Shown here: in pieces, positions 40,017-48,900 of the stretch | How the letters are laid out: each line of letters starts with the position of its first letter | Position numbering within the stretch: the first letter of the stretch is position 1 | Notes under the pieces: generated by a model | Databases searched by the model: none | What the model saw: the letters and a program-made list of their open reading frames with translations, nothing else | What the model was told of the DNA's origin: nothing | DNA from: a virus | Taxonomy: Duplodnaviria > Caudoviricetes | Virus record (IMG/VR): IMGVR_UViG_642918906_000001 | Span: 192,001-256,000 of that record | Length of the DNA: 64,000 nt | Strand: one strand, 5' to 3' | Program-made: the position numbers and the translations under genes

Positions 40017-40931
40017 ATGGGCTGCGATATTCATCCAAACTTCGAAAAACGTGTAACTCGTGAAGACGGCACTAAGGTCTGGGAAAAGATCGAGGAACAT
40101 AAATACGAGGGTAATCGTCACTACTTCTTGTTCGGTTGGCTGGCCAACGTTCGTAATGGTTATGGTTTCGCCGGTGGTGATACTGGTGACGGCATTAAAC
40201 CACTGGCTCTCCCGAGAGGTTTGCCTACAGACATTGCCAGTTATGAGCCTGAGCCACCAATCAACGATGACACGAATTGGAACTCACCTGAGTACAAAGT
40301 GTGGGAAGAGTGGTACGAGCGTAATGACTACGGTGATCACTCTCAGAGCTGGTTGACTGGCGAAGAGATCATGAAAGGTCTCGAGGAAGTCGGTGGTACT
40401 CGTAAGCGTGGCGTGTTGTCTCTGGCACAATACACTAATTGGGATCGTAAGAGTCAGCCTGATCGTTGGTGCGGTGCTATCTTTGGTCGTGGGTGCGTGA
40501 CTCTCAGTACTGACCAAGCTAACCGTCTCGACCCTAAGGTAGGTAAATATATCAAAGGTGTAACTGACGACCTAACTCATGTTAGTAAGTCTGGCCGCTG
40601 GGTTAACAAACGCAAGATGATCGAAGTGCGACCAAATCTCGATCGTTGGCACTACATGTACAAGGTTGGTGGCAACTATCCTAAACTAGAAGGTGAGACT
40701 ACTGAGTTCAAACTCGTATGGGACCGTCAGTACAAAATCAAACCCTCTAAAGCCAAACATCTGCGTAAGTTGAATAAGTATGCTGACCGCATTGGTAATA
40801 TCAACGTGGCGTGTCAGTGGACTCTGGACAACAAAGCTGTCCGCGAAGAGTTTGCTTATTTCACCGATGAAGTAAAGCGCCTGATGGACCTCCATGGTGA
40901 GATCCGCATGGTCTTCGGTTTCGATTCTTAA
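40017..40931 (+). CDS. conserved phage hypothetical protein (MGCDIH family)
   Basis: MGCDIH..RHYFLFGWLANVRN..PRGLP..DHSQSWL..RMVFGFDS. Confidence 0.8.
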   Translation: MGCDIHPNFEKRVTREDGTKVWEKIEEHKYEGNRHYFLFGWLANVRNGYGFAGGDTGDGIKPLALPRGLPTDIASYEPEPPINDDTNWNSPEYKVWEEWYERNDYGDHSQSWLTGEEIMKGLEEVGGTRKRGVLSLAQYTNWDRKSQPDRWCGAIFGRGCVTLSTDQANRLDPKVGKYIKGVTDDLTHVSKSGRWVNKRKMIEVRPNLDRWHYMYKVGGNYPKLEGETTEFKLVWDRQYKIKPSKAKHLRKLNKYADRIGNINVACQWTLDNKAVREEFAYFTDEVKRLMDLHGEIRMVFGFDS

Positions 40932-40944
40932 TTAAGAGGTTAGT

Positions 40945-41496
40945 ATGAAAGCTTGGGGTATCGTTCGTTTCATGGGTTCTTTGGCAATGTTGTCCAAAGA
41001 CAATATTACCTTTACCGATGACATCTATAAAGCACGACAGTTTGCTAGCCGTGAAGATGCAATGCTGATAGCGTCTTCTATTAAGACGCCTACTCAGGTT
41101 CAGGAGATGGATTTCCCTGAACCAATCAGGAGTAATTTCCCACCACCTGATTTCTTTGAGTCTGTGCCGGACAGTATGACGGTGAACCAACTCATTGATC
41201 TCCTGCGTTTGGAAGACCTGACTGAATATTTTACCCCAGTGGATAATATTACAGGTGCTCGACAAATGACGGGTAGTGCAATCGCCGATGAGCTGACGGG
41301 TAACATCGTTGGACGCAGGTATCAATTCAGTTTCGCCAAATGCCTGACGGACAGCGCAGCTAACGATCTGGCTGAGATCCTTCAGGCTGATGCAACGTGG
41401 ACTGGCTATCGGTATATCCGTAAACGTGCTGGATTCACCAGTTATGCTGTCCTAACTCTCGTGCGTTCTAACAATCCTATAGGTACTAACAACTAA
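40945..41496 (+). CDS. hypothetical protein
   Basis: GAGGT RBS. Confidence 0.7.
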   Translation: MKAWGIVRFMGSLAMLSKDNITFTDDIYKARQFASREDAMLIASSIKTPTQVQEMDFPEPIRSNFPPPDFFESVPDSMTVNQLIDLLRLEDLTEYFTPVDNITGARQMTGSAIADELTGNIVGRRYQFSFAKCLTDSAANDLAEILQADATWTGYRYIRKRAGFTSYAVLTLVRSNNPIGTNN

Positions 41497-41508
41497 CAAG
41501 GTATACCA

Positions 41509-41877
41509 ATGGCTATTCCAACCCCAGACTCACTGCTCGATTTAGTAAGAGTAACAGCAGATACCCCAGAAGCTTTTATCGCTAAACTGTCAACCCAAAT
41601 GGCCGATCCAGAATTGGTCAAGAACGGTTACCGTGGCGCAGGGCTATTCAGTTTCTACGTGCCGGGCGCAATGCGGCCTATCGGACATGAAACCGTTCGT
41701 AAGCAACTGAAAGAAGCAGGTTATGATGTACATCAAGTAGAACAGATTGTTGGCTACATGCCACCTAATCTGGTAATCGATTTCCGTAGCGCTGGACCTT
41801 ATGATCCAGATGTAACTGGTCCATCGACTTTCCCTTGGATTCATGTACAGGTTTCCAAGACACCACCAGCATCATGA
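41509..41877 (+). CDS. hypothetical protein
   Basis: AAGGT RBS. Confidence 0.7.
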   Translation: MAIPTPDSLLDLVRVTADTPEAFIAKLSTQMADPELVKNGYRGAGLFSFYVPGAMRPIGHETVRKQLKEAGYDVHQVEQIVGYMPPNLVIDFRSAGPYDPDVTGPSTFPWIHVQVSKTPPAS

Positions 41878-41883
41878 CATAAC

Positions 41884-41903
41884 GCCCTCCCTTCGGGGAG
41901 GGC
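41884..41903 (+). terminator. intrinsic terminator
   Basis: GCCCTCCC-TTCG-GGGAGGGC followed by TTATGCC and T tract. Confidence 0.85.
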
Positions 41904-41924
41904 TTATGCCTTTCTTTTTTGCTC

Positions 41925-41955
41925 AACTCAAATTATTTCAGATTTATATCATGTA
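41925..41955 (+). promoter_or_regulatory. early-promoter variant (TATATCAT), copy 1
   Basis: AACTCAAATTATTTCAGATTTATATCATGTA, 29/31 identical to 60530-60560. Confidence 0.65.
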
Positions 41956-41981
41956 TTCGTAATCAATCAAAGGTAACCATA

Positions 41982-42404
41982 ATGGACATTCAAACTGTAA
42001 CCCCAGAGTTGTTGACTAACGCTGTAGTGAGCTATATCCTCACTGATTGGAGTACTGTTCCTCCAACACCAGATGTTGCCTTAGCCACCATCTTATTCAA
42101 GGATAGTGCTTTCTACGATCTCTACGGAAATCATTGGGATAGCTTTGTCGATCTGCGTAAAGAAGTCAGTAATGCACTCGTTGACCCAGCACACCTTAAA
42201 TTGGAGAACAGCGAGATGGTATTCAATTTAAGTAGTAACGAGGTCAGCCCGGAATCTTTGGGTATTCTTAAGGTATTTCTGACTCAGTGTGGTTGGGACA
42301 GCTTCACTGTACATTGCACTGGATTTGTTAATTTCTTATACCGGGGCACCATGGGCAGCAAATCGTGTTACGAATTCCGTCTAACCAATAAGCGAGCTAA
42401 ATAA
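41982..42404 (+). CDS. hypothetical protein
   Basis: AAGGT RBS before ATG 41982. Confidence 0.7.
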   Translation: MDIQTVTPELLTNAVVSYILTDWSTVPPTPDVALATILFKDSAFYDLYGNHWDSFVDLRKEVSNALVDPAHLKLENSEMVFNLSSNEVSPESLGILKVFLTQCGWDSFTVHCTGFVNFLYRGTMGSKSCYEFRLTNKRAK

Positions 42405-42877
42405 TGACTTTCCCTAATATTGAACAATCGGGTTATGCTGTAGATGATACAGTTCACCCACATATTACTCAGGACTTCACCGCCGCAATGGTCGATCGAT
42501 TAAATGAAATCGGTCAAAACTATCTCGATCGATATATGAAGCAGTGTTGGATTGAGACACCTGAATTCACTGGATGGCGATGGGATAAATTTAATAACCC
42601 GCGTGTAGTAGCTGGCGTGGCTAATCGTTACGGTAGTATTATCGTGATGGGAGTTCGCCATTACTCGAACATGATGCAGGTTGCCTTGGATGCATTAGGC
42701 GGCGTAGAACTTTTAATTCGATGGGCGGGGGAAGAAAACTGTGAGCAAGGATTCGTGGATCAATATGGTACTTTCTTGGATCGCCAAGAAGCTTGGGTTC
42801 TGGCAGAAGCAGCTGGACAAATCCGTCACCGAGCCAACCTCCCAACCGGCACCCTCTACTCAGAACACCTTTGGTAA
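42404..42877 (+). CDS. conserved phage hypothetical protein
   Basis: GVRHY..EQGFVDQYGTFLDRQEA..AGQI..LYSEHLW pattern. Confidence 0.75.
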   Translation: MTFPNIEQSGYAVDDTVHPHITQDFTAAMVDRLNEIGQNYLDRYMKQCWIETPEFTGWRWDKFNNPRVVAGVANRYGSIIVMGVRHYSNMMQVALDALGGVELLIRWAGEENCEQGFVDQYGTFLDRQEAWVLAEAAGQIRHRANLPTGTLYSEHLW

Positions 42878-43301
42878 TAAAGCTTACCTTGTATGGGTTG
42901 AAGCAGAAAATTGGTTTAAAACGCCAAGCGCCTTTTGTAGCGATAAAACATTATCGGAAAAATTAATTCGCCATCGCCTGATCGCAGGACGCATTGCCGG
43001 AATAACTGGGCGTTATACTCGACTACATTATAATGAAATTGGTAAGACTGCTACATGGTACGCGGTTTCACCAAAAGCAGTCAGCGGCGTGCGCGTTTTG
43101 ATGGTAACCAATCGTAACGGTAAAGTCTACGCTAGGAACCGAATGTTCGTTTCTTACATAGACCAACTAGAGTACCTGGTTGAAACGTATGGTGGTCAAC
43201 CCGTAACGTTGTATTACTACGATGTAAAGATACCTGTAGAACCCGCTTTCTTTAAACAAACCTTTCTCGATGGAGTATTTCAAAATGTCAAAACCGACTA
43301 A
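42765..43301 (+). CDS. hypothetical protein, start uncertain
   Basis: Open frame fills the 42878-43301 gap; the nearest upstream in-frame ATG overlaps the previous gene by ~110 nt. Confidence 0.45.
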   Translation: MVLSWIAKKLGFWQKQLDKSVTEPTSQPAPSTQNTFGNKAYLVWVEAENWFKTPSAFCSDKTLSEKLIRHRLIAGRIAGITGRYTRLHYNEIGKTATWYAVSPKAVSGVRVLMVTNRNGKVYARNRMFVSYIDQLEYLVETYGGQPVTLYYYDVKIPVEPAFFKQTFLDGVFQNVKTD

Positions 43302-43719
43302 ATTCAAAGGTAACCAAGCAACATTCAATATTACTTTTGATGGCATTGACCTTACCATCAGCAACGTAATGGTTAAGGAAGTAGATATTGGTTCAGGTAA
43401 TCATTGGGCAATGCTGGAGCGCCGGGGCGATCGTTGGATGCTGCTGACTACCCCAGGCTATTTGATCGAACCACTTGTCGACCAGCAACAAACGCTTGAG
43501 TTTGATCGAACCGATGTAGATCGACCAGTTCTGGTGAATGGTCACATGGAACGTCTTCCAATTACAGTTCACACTGCACTGAATATCAGTGAGTCTAAGT
43601 TGTTCTATTCGATTGACGAGTGTTCTACTGGGACCCGTCTTCAGTACAACAGTAATTTGTTCAATGGGGCTGAACACGATGCCATTAAACACATTGTATT
43701 CGATAAGGTGGTCAAATGA
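43285..43719 (+). CDS. hypothetical protein
   Basis: GGAG RBS before ATG 43285. Confidence 0.7.
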   Translation: MSKPTKFKGNQATFNITFDGIDLTISNVMVKEVDIGSGNHWAMLERRGDRWMLLTTPGYLIEPLVDQQQTLEFDRTDVDRPVLVNGHMERLPITVHTALNISESKLFYSIDECSTGTRLQYNSNLFNGAEHDAIKHIVFDKVVK

Positions 43720-44231
43720 GTAACATGGACCGGATTGCTAAATTCGCTCGTCGATTGGAAACCTCCATCAGCACAGGTGGGTGCCCAATCGATAAACTGT
43801 TTATGACGGCTTGCTTGGTACATTCAAATTACCACATTGTCGAAATGGACCCGGAGGTTAACGCTAAGGTAGTTCAGGCGGACGTGGCCTACAAGTTGGT
43901 CGTGGAAGTTACAATGTGCATTGCACGTCCAGAGCACGAATCTAAGTGGCGCTGGGAACCAAACAAGTACGATAGTGGTGTACTGCTTTTCTATCATTAC
44001 GACTTCGATGCGTTGCTTGCTTATGTAGCCGATTATCTTGAAGCACACCACGATACAATGGTACCAGCGTACATGGTTAATAAGGCCACTGAAACGCGAC
44101 GAGCTTACTTCGTTAAGTGCCTTAAGCACGCTCCAATCGGACGTGTTAAACATATTACCGATGATCCAGATTATCTAAGTGAGTACAAAGTCTATTTTGA
44201 CGAACTAAAAAATCCACTGGAGGAAGACTGA
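43716..44231 (+). CDS. hypothetical protein
   Basis: ATGA overlap, AAGGTGG RBS. Confidence 0.75.
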   Translation: MSNMDRIAKFARRLETSISTGGCPIDKLFMTACLVHSNYHIVEMDPEVNAKVVQADVAYKLVVEVTMCIARPEHESKWRWEPNKYDSGVLLFYHYDFDALLAYVADYLEAHHDTMVPAYMVNKATETRRAYFVKCLKHAPIGRVKHITDDPDYLSEYKVYFDELKNPLEED

Positions 44232-45043
44232 TGAAAGACCAACTTGGCGATCGGATGAAGATGTTTGAAAACGACTTCATCGTAAAACGTTTTATGCCGG
44301 GACTACCAATTGTAGCTCGCATCGACGGACGAGGCTTTAGTAGATTCACTCGTGGTATGAAACGCCCATACGACCCTGACATGTCGGCTGCTATGATTCA
44401 CACCACTCGTGAATTAGTTAAGCATACCCAAGCCACTGTAGGTTATACTCAGTCGGATGAGATTACTTTGATCTGGTATTCGAACGATTACAAATCAATG
44501 AACTGGTTTGACGGTCGTGTACAGAAAATGGTTAGTCTGTTGGGTTCTCATGCAACGTTGTACTTTAACCAGTACATCATGCAATACATGCCTCAGTATG
44601 CGAAGCGTAATCCGACGTTTGATGCCCGTGTATGGAACGTACCTTCTTTGGAAGAAGCAGCTAACGTCCTAGTGTGGCGTGAATGGGATGCTACCAAGAA
44701 CTCCATTCAGATGGCGGGTCACCACTATTTCAGTAACAAAGAACTCCACAAGAAAAACACCAGTGAGATCCAGGAGATGTTGTGGTCTCAACACGACGTT
44801 AACTGGCATCACTATCCAGTGTTCTTCAAACGGGGTACTTATATTGGCTGGAAACAATTCAGGGCTGGCCGTCGTCTGACCGATGAAGAAATGCTGTTGC
44901 TCCCACCAAAACACCACGCTCACAAGAACGATGGTTGGATTGAGAAAGAGACTCGTGTACTGACTGAACTTAGTCTCCCGCCGATCACTCAGATCGAGAA
45001 CCGGGTTGAATTCTTCTTTGGAGCTAAAACTAAGGGGGTGTAA
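44231..45043 (+). CDS. tRNA(His) guanylyltransferase-like (Thg1/TLP) 3'-5' polymerase
   Basis: RIDGRGFSRFT, GYTQSDEITL, FDGRVQK, FDAR, WREWDATKNS and FKRG motifs. Confidence 0.92.
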   Translation: MKDQLGDRMKMFENDFIVKRFMPGLPIVARIDGRGFSRFTRGMKRPYDPDMSAAMIHTTRELVKHTQATVGYTQSDEITLIWYSNDYKSMNWFDGRVQKMVSLLGSHATLYFNQYIMQYMPQYAKRNPTFDARVWNVPSLEEAANVLVWREWDATKNSIQMAGHHYFSNKELHKKNTSEIQEMLWSQHDVNWHHYPVFFKRGTYIGWKQFRAGRRLTDEEMLLLPPKHHAHKNDGWIEKETRVLTELSLPPITQIENRVEFFFGAKTKGV

Positions 45044-45315
45044 TGCAACTACTATTGTTGGTGTTACCATTCTTTACAGCATTCGGCGTTACGTTCTCTG
45101 AGGCTCTCGTGAAGTGCTTCCAGGCTCGTAACATCGCGCAGGGTAAAGAGTGGCATTCTGGATTTACATCAATACTAGTGACCTGTATGAACTTCTCTAC
45201 GTTTGGGTTGTTCTTATACCAAGGGTTTCTGGTATTGATACCAGCGGCATTAGGTGGAGCTATTGGGACAGTACTTTCTATCAAATTACATAAACGTTTC
45301 TTTAAGAAGGGATAA
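45043..45315 (+). CDS. small membrane protein (3 TM)
   Basis: Hydrophobic, GGAIGT motif, coupled to the Thg1 gene. Confidence 0.7.
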   Translation: MQLLLLVLPFFTAFGVTFSEALVKCFQARNIAQGKEWHSGFTSILVTCMNFSTFGLFLYQGFLVLIPAALGGAIGTVLSIKLHKRFFKKG

Positions 45316-45318
45316 GTA

Positions 45319-45543
45319 ATGGAAAATGAGGCCCAATGGATTAATTCCACATGCAAACCTCTCCTTTGGGAAATAATGTGGATCATAAAAAATCCACACT
45401 ACTACGATGACATGGACCATCGGATTACAGTTATTCAGAACATCATGGTCAGGTATCGTCGCAATGACTTAATCAAATCAATCCTACAGTTGAGGGCTAC
45501 CAATGGAATCAAAAGGGTGCATCGCTATAGTGGGCTCACGTGA
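45319..45543 (+). CDS. hypothetical protein
   Basis: 74 aa in operon. Confidence 0.55.
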   Translation: MENEAQWINSTCKPLLWEIMWIIKNPHYYDDMDHRITVIQNIMVRYRRNDLIKSILQLRATNGIKRVHRYSGLT

Positions 45544-46162
45544 GGTTCCGTTAGACGAACTAGAGCTATTAATCCGACTGGGTCGTACGTTTACCGATCT
45601 GGGCTACGAGGATAGCTCTGGAGACGCATTCGGGTCTGACCGAGCCGGTTGGGTAGGTGCAAGACAATCGGATCGCTATGACCCACACAGTGCACGTATC
45701 TACCTAGTGGATTCTATCCGCAACCGTAAGCGTGCATTGGAACATGGTTTCAAGATTGCGCAAGACTATCCTGAGAACTGGGTAACCGCAGAAGCGATTG
45801 CCTTAAAGGCTCGGGGCAGTTGGAATGGTATTGATGGACCTCATAACCAATTCAAACGCGACTTACATATTCGCAACGTATTCCAGATCCTAGGTCACAG
45901 TTTAATAGACCCAGCTAAGGCTCTGGTCTATTACGCACCACCTGTGGGTCGTCTAGAACGTGAGGTGGTATCGGGTGGAACTAACACGGCTCTGCAAATT
46001 GCTAAGACTGTGGGAATCGAGAAGCGGTATAACTTAGCTACTAAAGCGGGCTACGATTGGGCTAACGAATTCCTAAAACAATACGAAACCGAAAAAGAAT
46101 ACGAGGAGATCGACTGGCGAGAAATACTAAAGCCTGATGATCCCCGTCTAAGTTACCTGTAG
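45503..46162 (+). CDS. DprA/Smf-like (SLOG superfamily) Rossmann-fold protein
   Basis: IAIVGSRE, SGDAFGSD, RN..QILG and SGGTNTA motifs. Confidence 0.8.
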   Translation: MESKGCIAIVGSREVPLDELELLIRLGRTFTDLGYEDSSGDAFGSDRAGWVGARQSDRYDPHSARIYLVDSIRNRKRALEHGFKIAQDYPENWVTAEAIALKARGSWNGIDGPHNQFKRDLHIRNVFQILGHSLIDPAKALVYYAPPVGRLEREVVSGGTNTALQIAKTVGIEKRYNLATKAGYDWANEFLKQYETEKEYEEIDWREILKPDDPRLSYL

Positions 46163-46170
46163 AGGCCACG

Positions 46171-46671
46171 ATGGAATACAAAATTGCTAAAGTAGGGTTG
46201 GGTGAAAAGACTTGTGATGTTCCAGAAGACATCCAACAAAAGATCCATGTCGTGGGAGTCATCTACCACAAAGAGATGTTTCATCTAACTCATGCCACTC
46301 CAAGTGAAGCACTTGATTTCTATGACAACGTCAGTCGACTTACCCTTGAAAATGAATTTGACCCAGCACCTCCTCCAACATGTGTAGACGTCAGTGCCTT
46401 ATCAAGTGTTATGGGTACAAAGAAATATTTTGTAATCAATAAAGTCGCTCAACACAAGGTGACGTATGCCTGTCAGCCAGCATGTTGGTTGGCTTGGTAC
46501 GATGGTCATCCCGATAAGATGTTCTTTGCGCCACTCGACATCTTCTACAGCGATAACCTGAAACGTGTCGAAAGTGAGTGCTGTGTCTATGCATTGAATC
46601 AAGATGTAATTGACCTTAGAATGACCTTCGATGCAGATAGTACGTTTAACGATATCATTAAGGAACTGTAA
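46171..46671 (+). CDS. hypothetical protein
   Basis: GAGG RBS. Confidence 0.7.
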   Translation: MEYKIAKVGLGEKTCDVPEDIQQKIHVVGVIYHKEMFHLTHATPSEALDFYDNVSRLTLENEFDPAPPPTCVDVSALSSVMGTKKYFVINKVAQHKVTYACQPACWLAWYDGHPDKMFFAPLDIFYSDNLKRVESECCVYALNQDVIDLRMTFDADSTFNDIIKEL

Positions 46672-47045
46672 TGCGCACCAATCCGATCAAAACTCGCGAG
46701 TCTGATATCCGCGATGTCATCAAAGCTACCTTCGAGCGATTCATTCCAAAAGTCTGGTATGCCTGCTATCAGCTTCCTAAGCACCTGATGGGGAACTATC
46801 AGAAGATCGCTGTGCCGATCAAAGACGAACCTAAGATGCAGGTGACTTTGCAACGTAGTCGGCTTGAAATACTGTACAACGGTGAACTGTATGTCGTAGA
46901 CTGGGAATGTGATCCACGGTCAGCCCAGTTCTCTGGTTTCCTGATCTCCTCCAATTGGGGTAGCCCATCGGGTAGCCTATTCTGCTTCCCTAAGGTCATC
47001 ACTGGATTGACGTGCCACATGGCTGACGTAGCGCAACGGATCTAA
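46671..47045 (+). CDS. hypothetical protein
   Basis: AAGGA RBS, coupled. Confidence 0.7.
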   Translation: MRTNPIKTRESDIRDVIKATFERFIPKVWYACYQLPKHLMGNYQKIAVPIKDEPKMQVTLQRSRLEILYNGELYVVDWECDPRSAQFSGFLISSNWGSPSGSLFCFPKVITGLTCHMADVAQRI

Positions 47046-47090
47046 CTTTACTGATCTTGGTTATCTAATGTAATCAATTGGAGTTAACTA

Positions 47091-47450
47091 ATGTCATTTG
47101 AAACTACATTCCGCGGTAACCAGTGGACGCACAGTAGTTCTATTAAAGGTGGGCGACGAGAGATCGTAAAGAAAGGTGTATACGTAATCGACCATCGGAA
47201 CACCGGTAAGTTTATCGTGGGTACGTCTTCGGATGTATCCAAAGAAGTTGATAAACACATGACATTATTAGCCAAAGGGAAGTCCCCGATCAAACAGCTT
47301 CAGCAACAGTATATCGAGGAAGCCCAACGCGAGAATCGTCAACCGGTGTTTGTGGTGATTGAGTATGCGCTCAATTCCGACAAAGATATCAAACGAACCC
47401 TTAAAGAGATCCGTGAGACTAACACGACTCCTTACTGTTTATTAAACTGA
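47091..47450 (+). CDS. GIY-YIG-like protein, probably catalytically degenerate
   Basis: KGVYVIDHRNTGKFIVGTSSD then helix LAKGKSPIKQLQ; second Tyr and catalytic Arg apparently absent. Confidence 0.65.
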   Translation: MSFETTFRGNQWTHSSSIKGGRREIVKKGVYVIDHRNTGKFIVGTSSDVSKEVDKHMTLLAKGKSPIKQLQQQYIEEAQRENRQPVFVVIEYALNSDKDIKRTLKEIRETNTTPYCLLN

Positions 47451-47458
47451 GGTGTTAT

Positions 47459-48100
47459 ATGCGTGAACATGCTTTACAACAATACACTATTCTGGACGTG
47501 GCGCGAGCCTTTAGCGTAGCCGCGCATTGTGCCGTCGGTCAGAAACGTAAATACAGTGGTGAGGATTATTTCCATCACCCCGAAGAAGTATTGCAAATCT
47601 TGCTGACGTACGAAGATCCAACCCTCGATGCGCAAGTAGCTGCCCTGCTACACGATGTCGTTGAGGACACCCAGGTTAAATTAGATCAAGTCAATCGTAT
47701 CTTTGGTCGCAAGGTGGCTATGTATGTTGAACAGCTCACTGAGGTTTCTAAACCTGGTGATGGTAACCGCGAGGCCCGAAAAGCTTTGGACCTAAAACAT
47801 CTTGAGTTGGCTAGTCACACTGCGATGTGTATTAAGTGCGCCGACTTGATTTCTAACTCACGGAGTATCGTTGAGCGTGACCTGAACTTTGCACGTACGT
47901 ATCTGGTTGAGAAACTCCGCATGCTGAAGGCTATGGAGTATCTGATTGGTGGATGTGCCATCTGGTCAGCTGCACTGGAAGTATGCTATAACGGCATCAA
48001 AAAGATCTGGACATCCCCAGAAGATCAACTGGGTCTGTTCCATCGGGAAGGATTCACTAACATCACCATGGCTATGTTAACACAGGACACTCCAAAATGA
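47459..48100 (+). CDS. HD-domain phosphohydrolase (SpoT/Mesh1 small alarmone hydrolase-like)
   Basis: AH..QKRKYSGEDYFHHP, AALLHDVVEDT and IKCADLISN motifs. Confidence 0.88.
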   Translation: MREHALQQYTILDVARAFSVAAHCAVGQKRKYSGEDYFHHPEEVLQILLTYEDPTLDAQVAALLHDVVEDTQVKLDQVNRIFGRKVAMYVEQLTEVSKPGDGNREARKALDLKHLELASHTAMCIKCADLISNSRSIVERDLNFARTYLVEKLRMLKAMEYLIGGCAIWSAALEVCYNGIKKIWTSPEDQLGLFHREGFTNITMAMLTQDTPK

Positions 48101-48504
48101 GTCACGCTTATGCGATGGTAGCTAAACACCTGATGGCGATCAGCACTAATTTCGACAACGGGGTTCCTTATCACTACACTGATCCAGCTAAAGTTGAACA
48201 GATTAAAGCTTTGGTAACTAAGTGTGCAGAAAAGCTAGACTATGGTCTACCGACTTGTGGTACAGCTCACCTTCGCATGAACGTCATTGTTAAAGAATCC
48301 CCTAACAAGGAATCTTGGCAGTACTCAGGGGGTGTGCTGACGTCCCATGATGTTGACGCTCAGATTGAAGCTGCCTGTCAACGAACCCTGAAAGCTAATC
48401 CGGGTAAAGTGGTTAAAGATAAATTGTTGACGTGTCACATTCTAAATGAATGGGGTCGTTACTCCGTAGTGTTCGATTTGGTTATTACGGTAGGATTGGA
48501 ATGA
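48097..48504 (+). CDS. hypothetical protein
   Basis: ATGA overlap. Confidence 0.7.
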   Translation: MSHAYAMVAKHLMAISTNFDNGVPYHYTDPAKVEQIKALVTKCAEKLDYGLPTCGTAHLRMNVIVKESPNKESWQYSGGVLTSHDVDAQIEAACQRTLKANPGKVVKDKLLTCHILNEWGRYSVVFDLVITVGLE

Positions 48505-48893
48505 GTGATCTTAGTGAGATGGTTGAAGCCTTGACTTTGGGTATGGCGCGTAATGCACATTTCCATGAGTGGCTTCCTAAGATGGATAGCGTTGTAGTTA
48601 GCTACAGTTCAGAGGAAGTCTTCCAAGCATTTCAAACCGCTTATTACCTGCAACATGGTGAACACTTTTGCTACACGATTACAGACTGGCTTAAACTAGA
48701 CGTGGAGAGTAAAGCTCAGTTGATTGGCGAGAAAGTCATGTTGATCAAACCCCGAAATGAGATGCAGGGTATTGGTGGAAGTATTCTATTTAATACTCGA
48801 CGTTACTATACACAACGTGGTAACGAGTTCATCGTGCTGAAAGACGCAACTGCCGAAACCGGTAAACCGTACACCCCATCATTTAGCTATTGA
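48501..48893 (+). CDS. hypothetical protein
   Basis: ATGA overlap, AGGA RBS. Confidence 0.7.
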   Translation: MSDLSEMVEALTLGMARNAHFHEWLPKMDSVVVSYSSEEVFQAFQTAYYLQHGEHFCYTITDWLKLDVESKAQLIGEKVMLIKPRNEMQGIGGSILFNTRRYYTQRGNEFIVLKDATAETGKPYTPSFSY

Positions 48894-48900
48894 GGTTTAT

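Noticed and set aside
47091-47450. Free-standing homing endonuclease for the RNAP intron
   Set aside because: Catalytic residues appear missing, there is no DNA-binding domain, and it is 41 kb away
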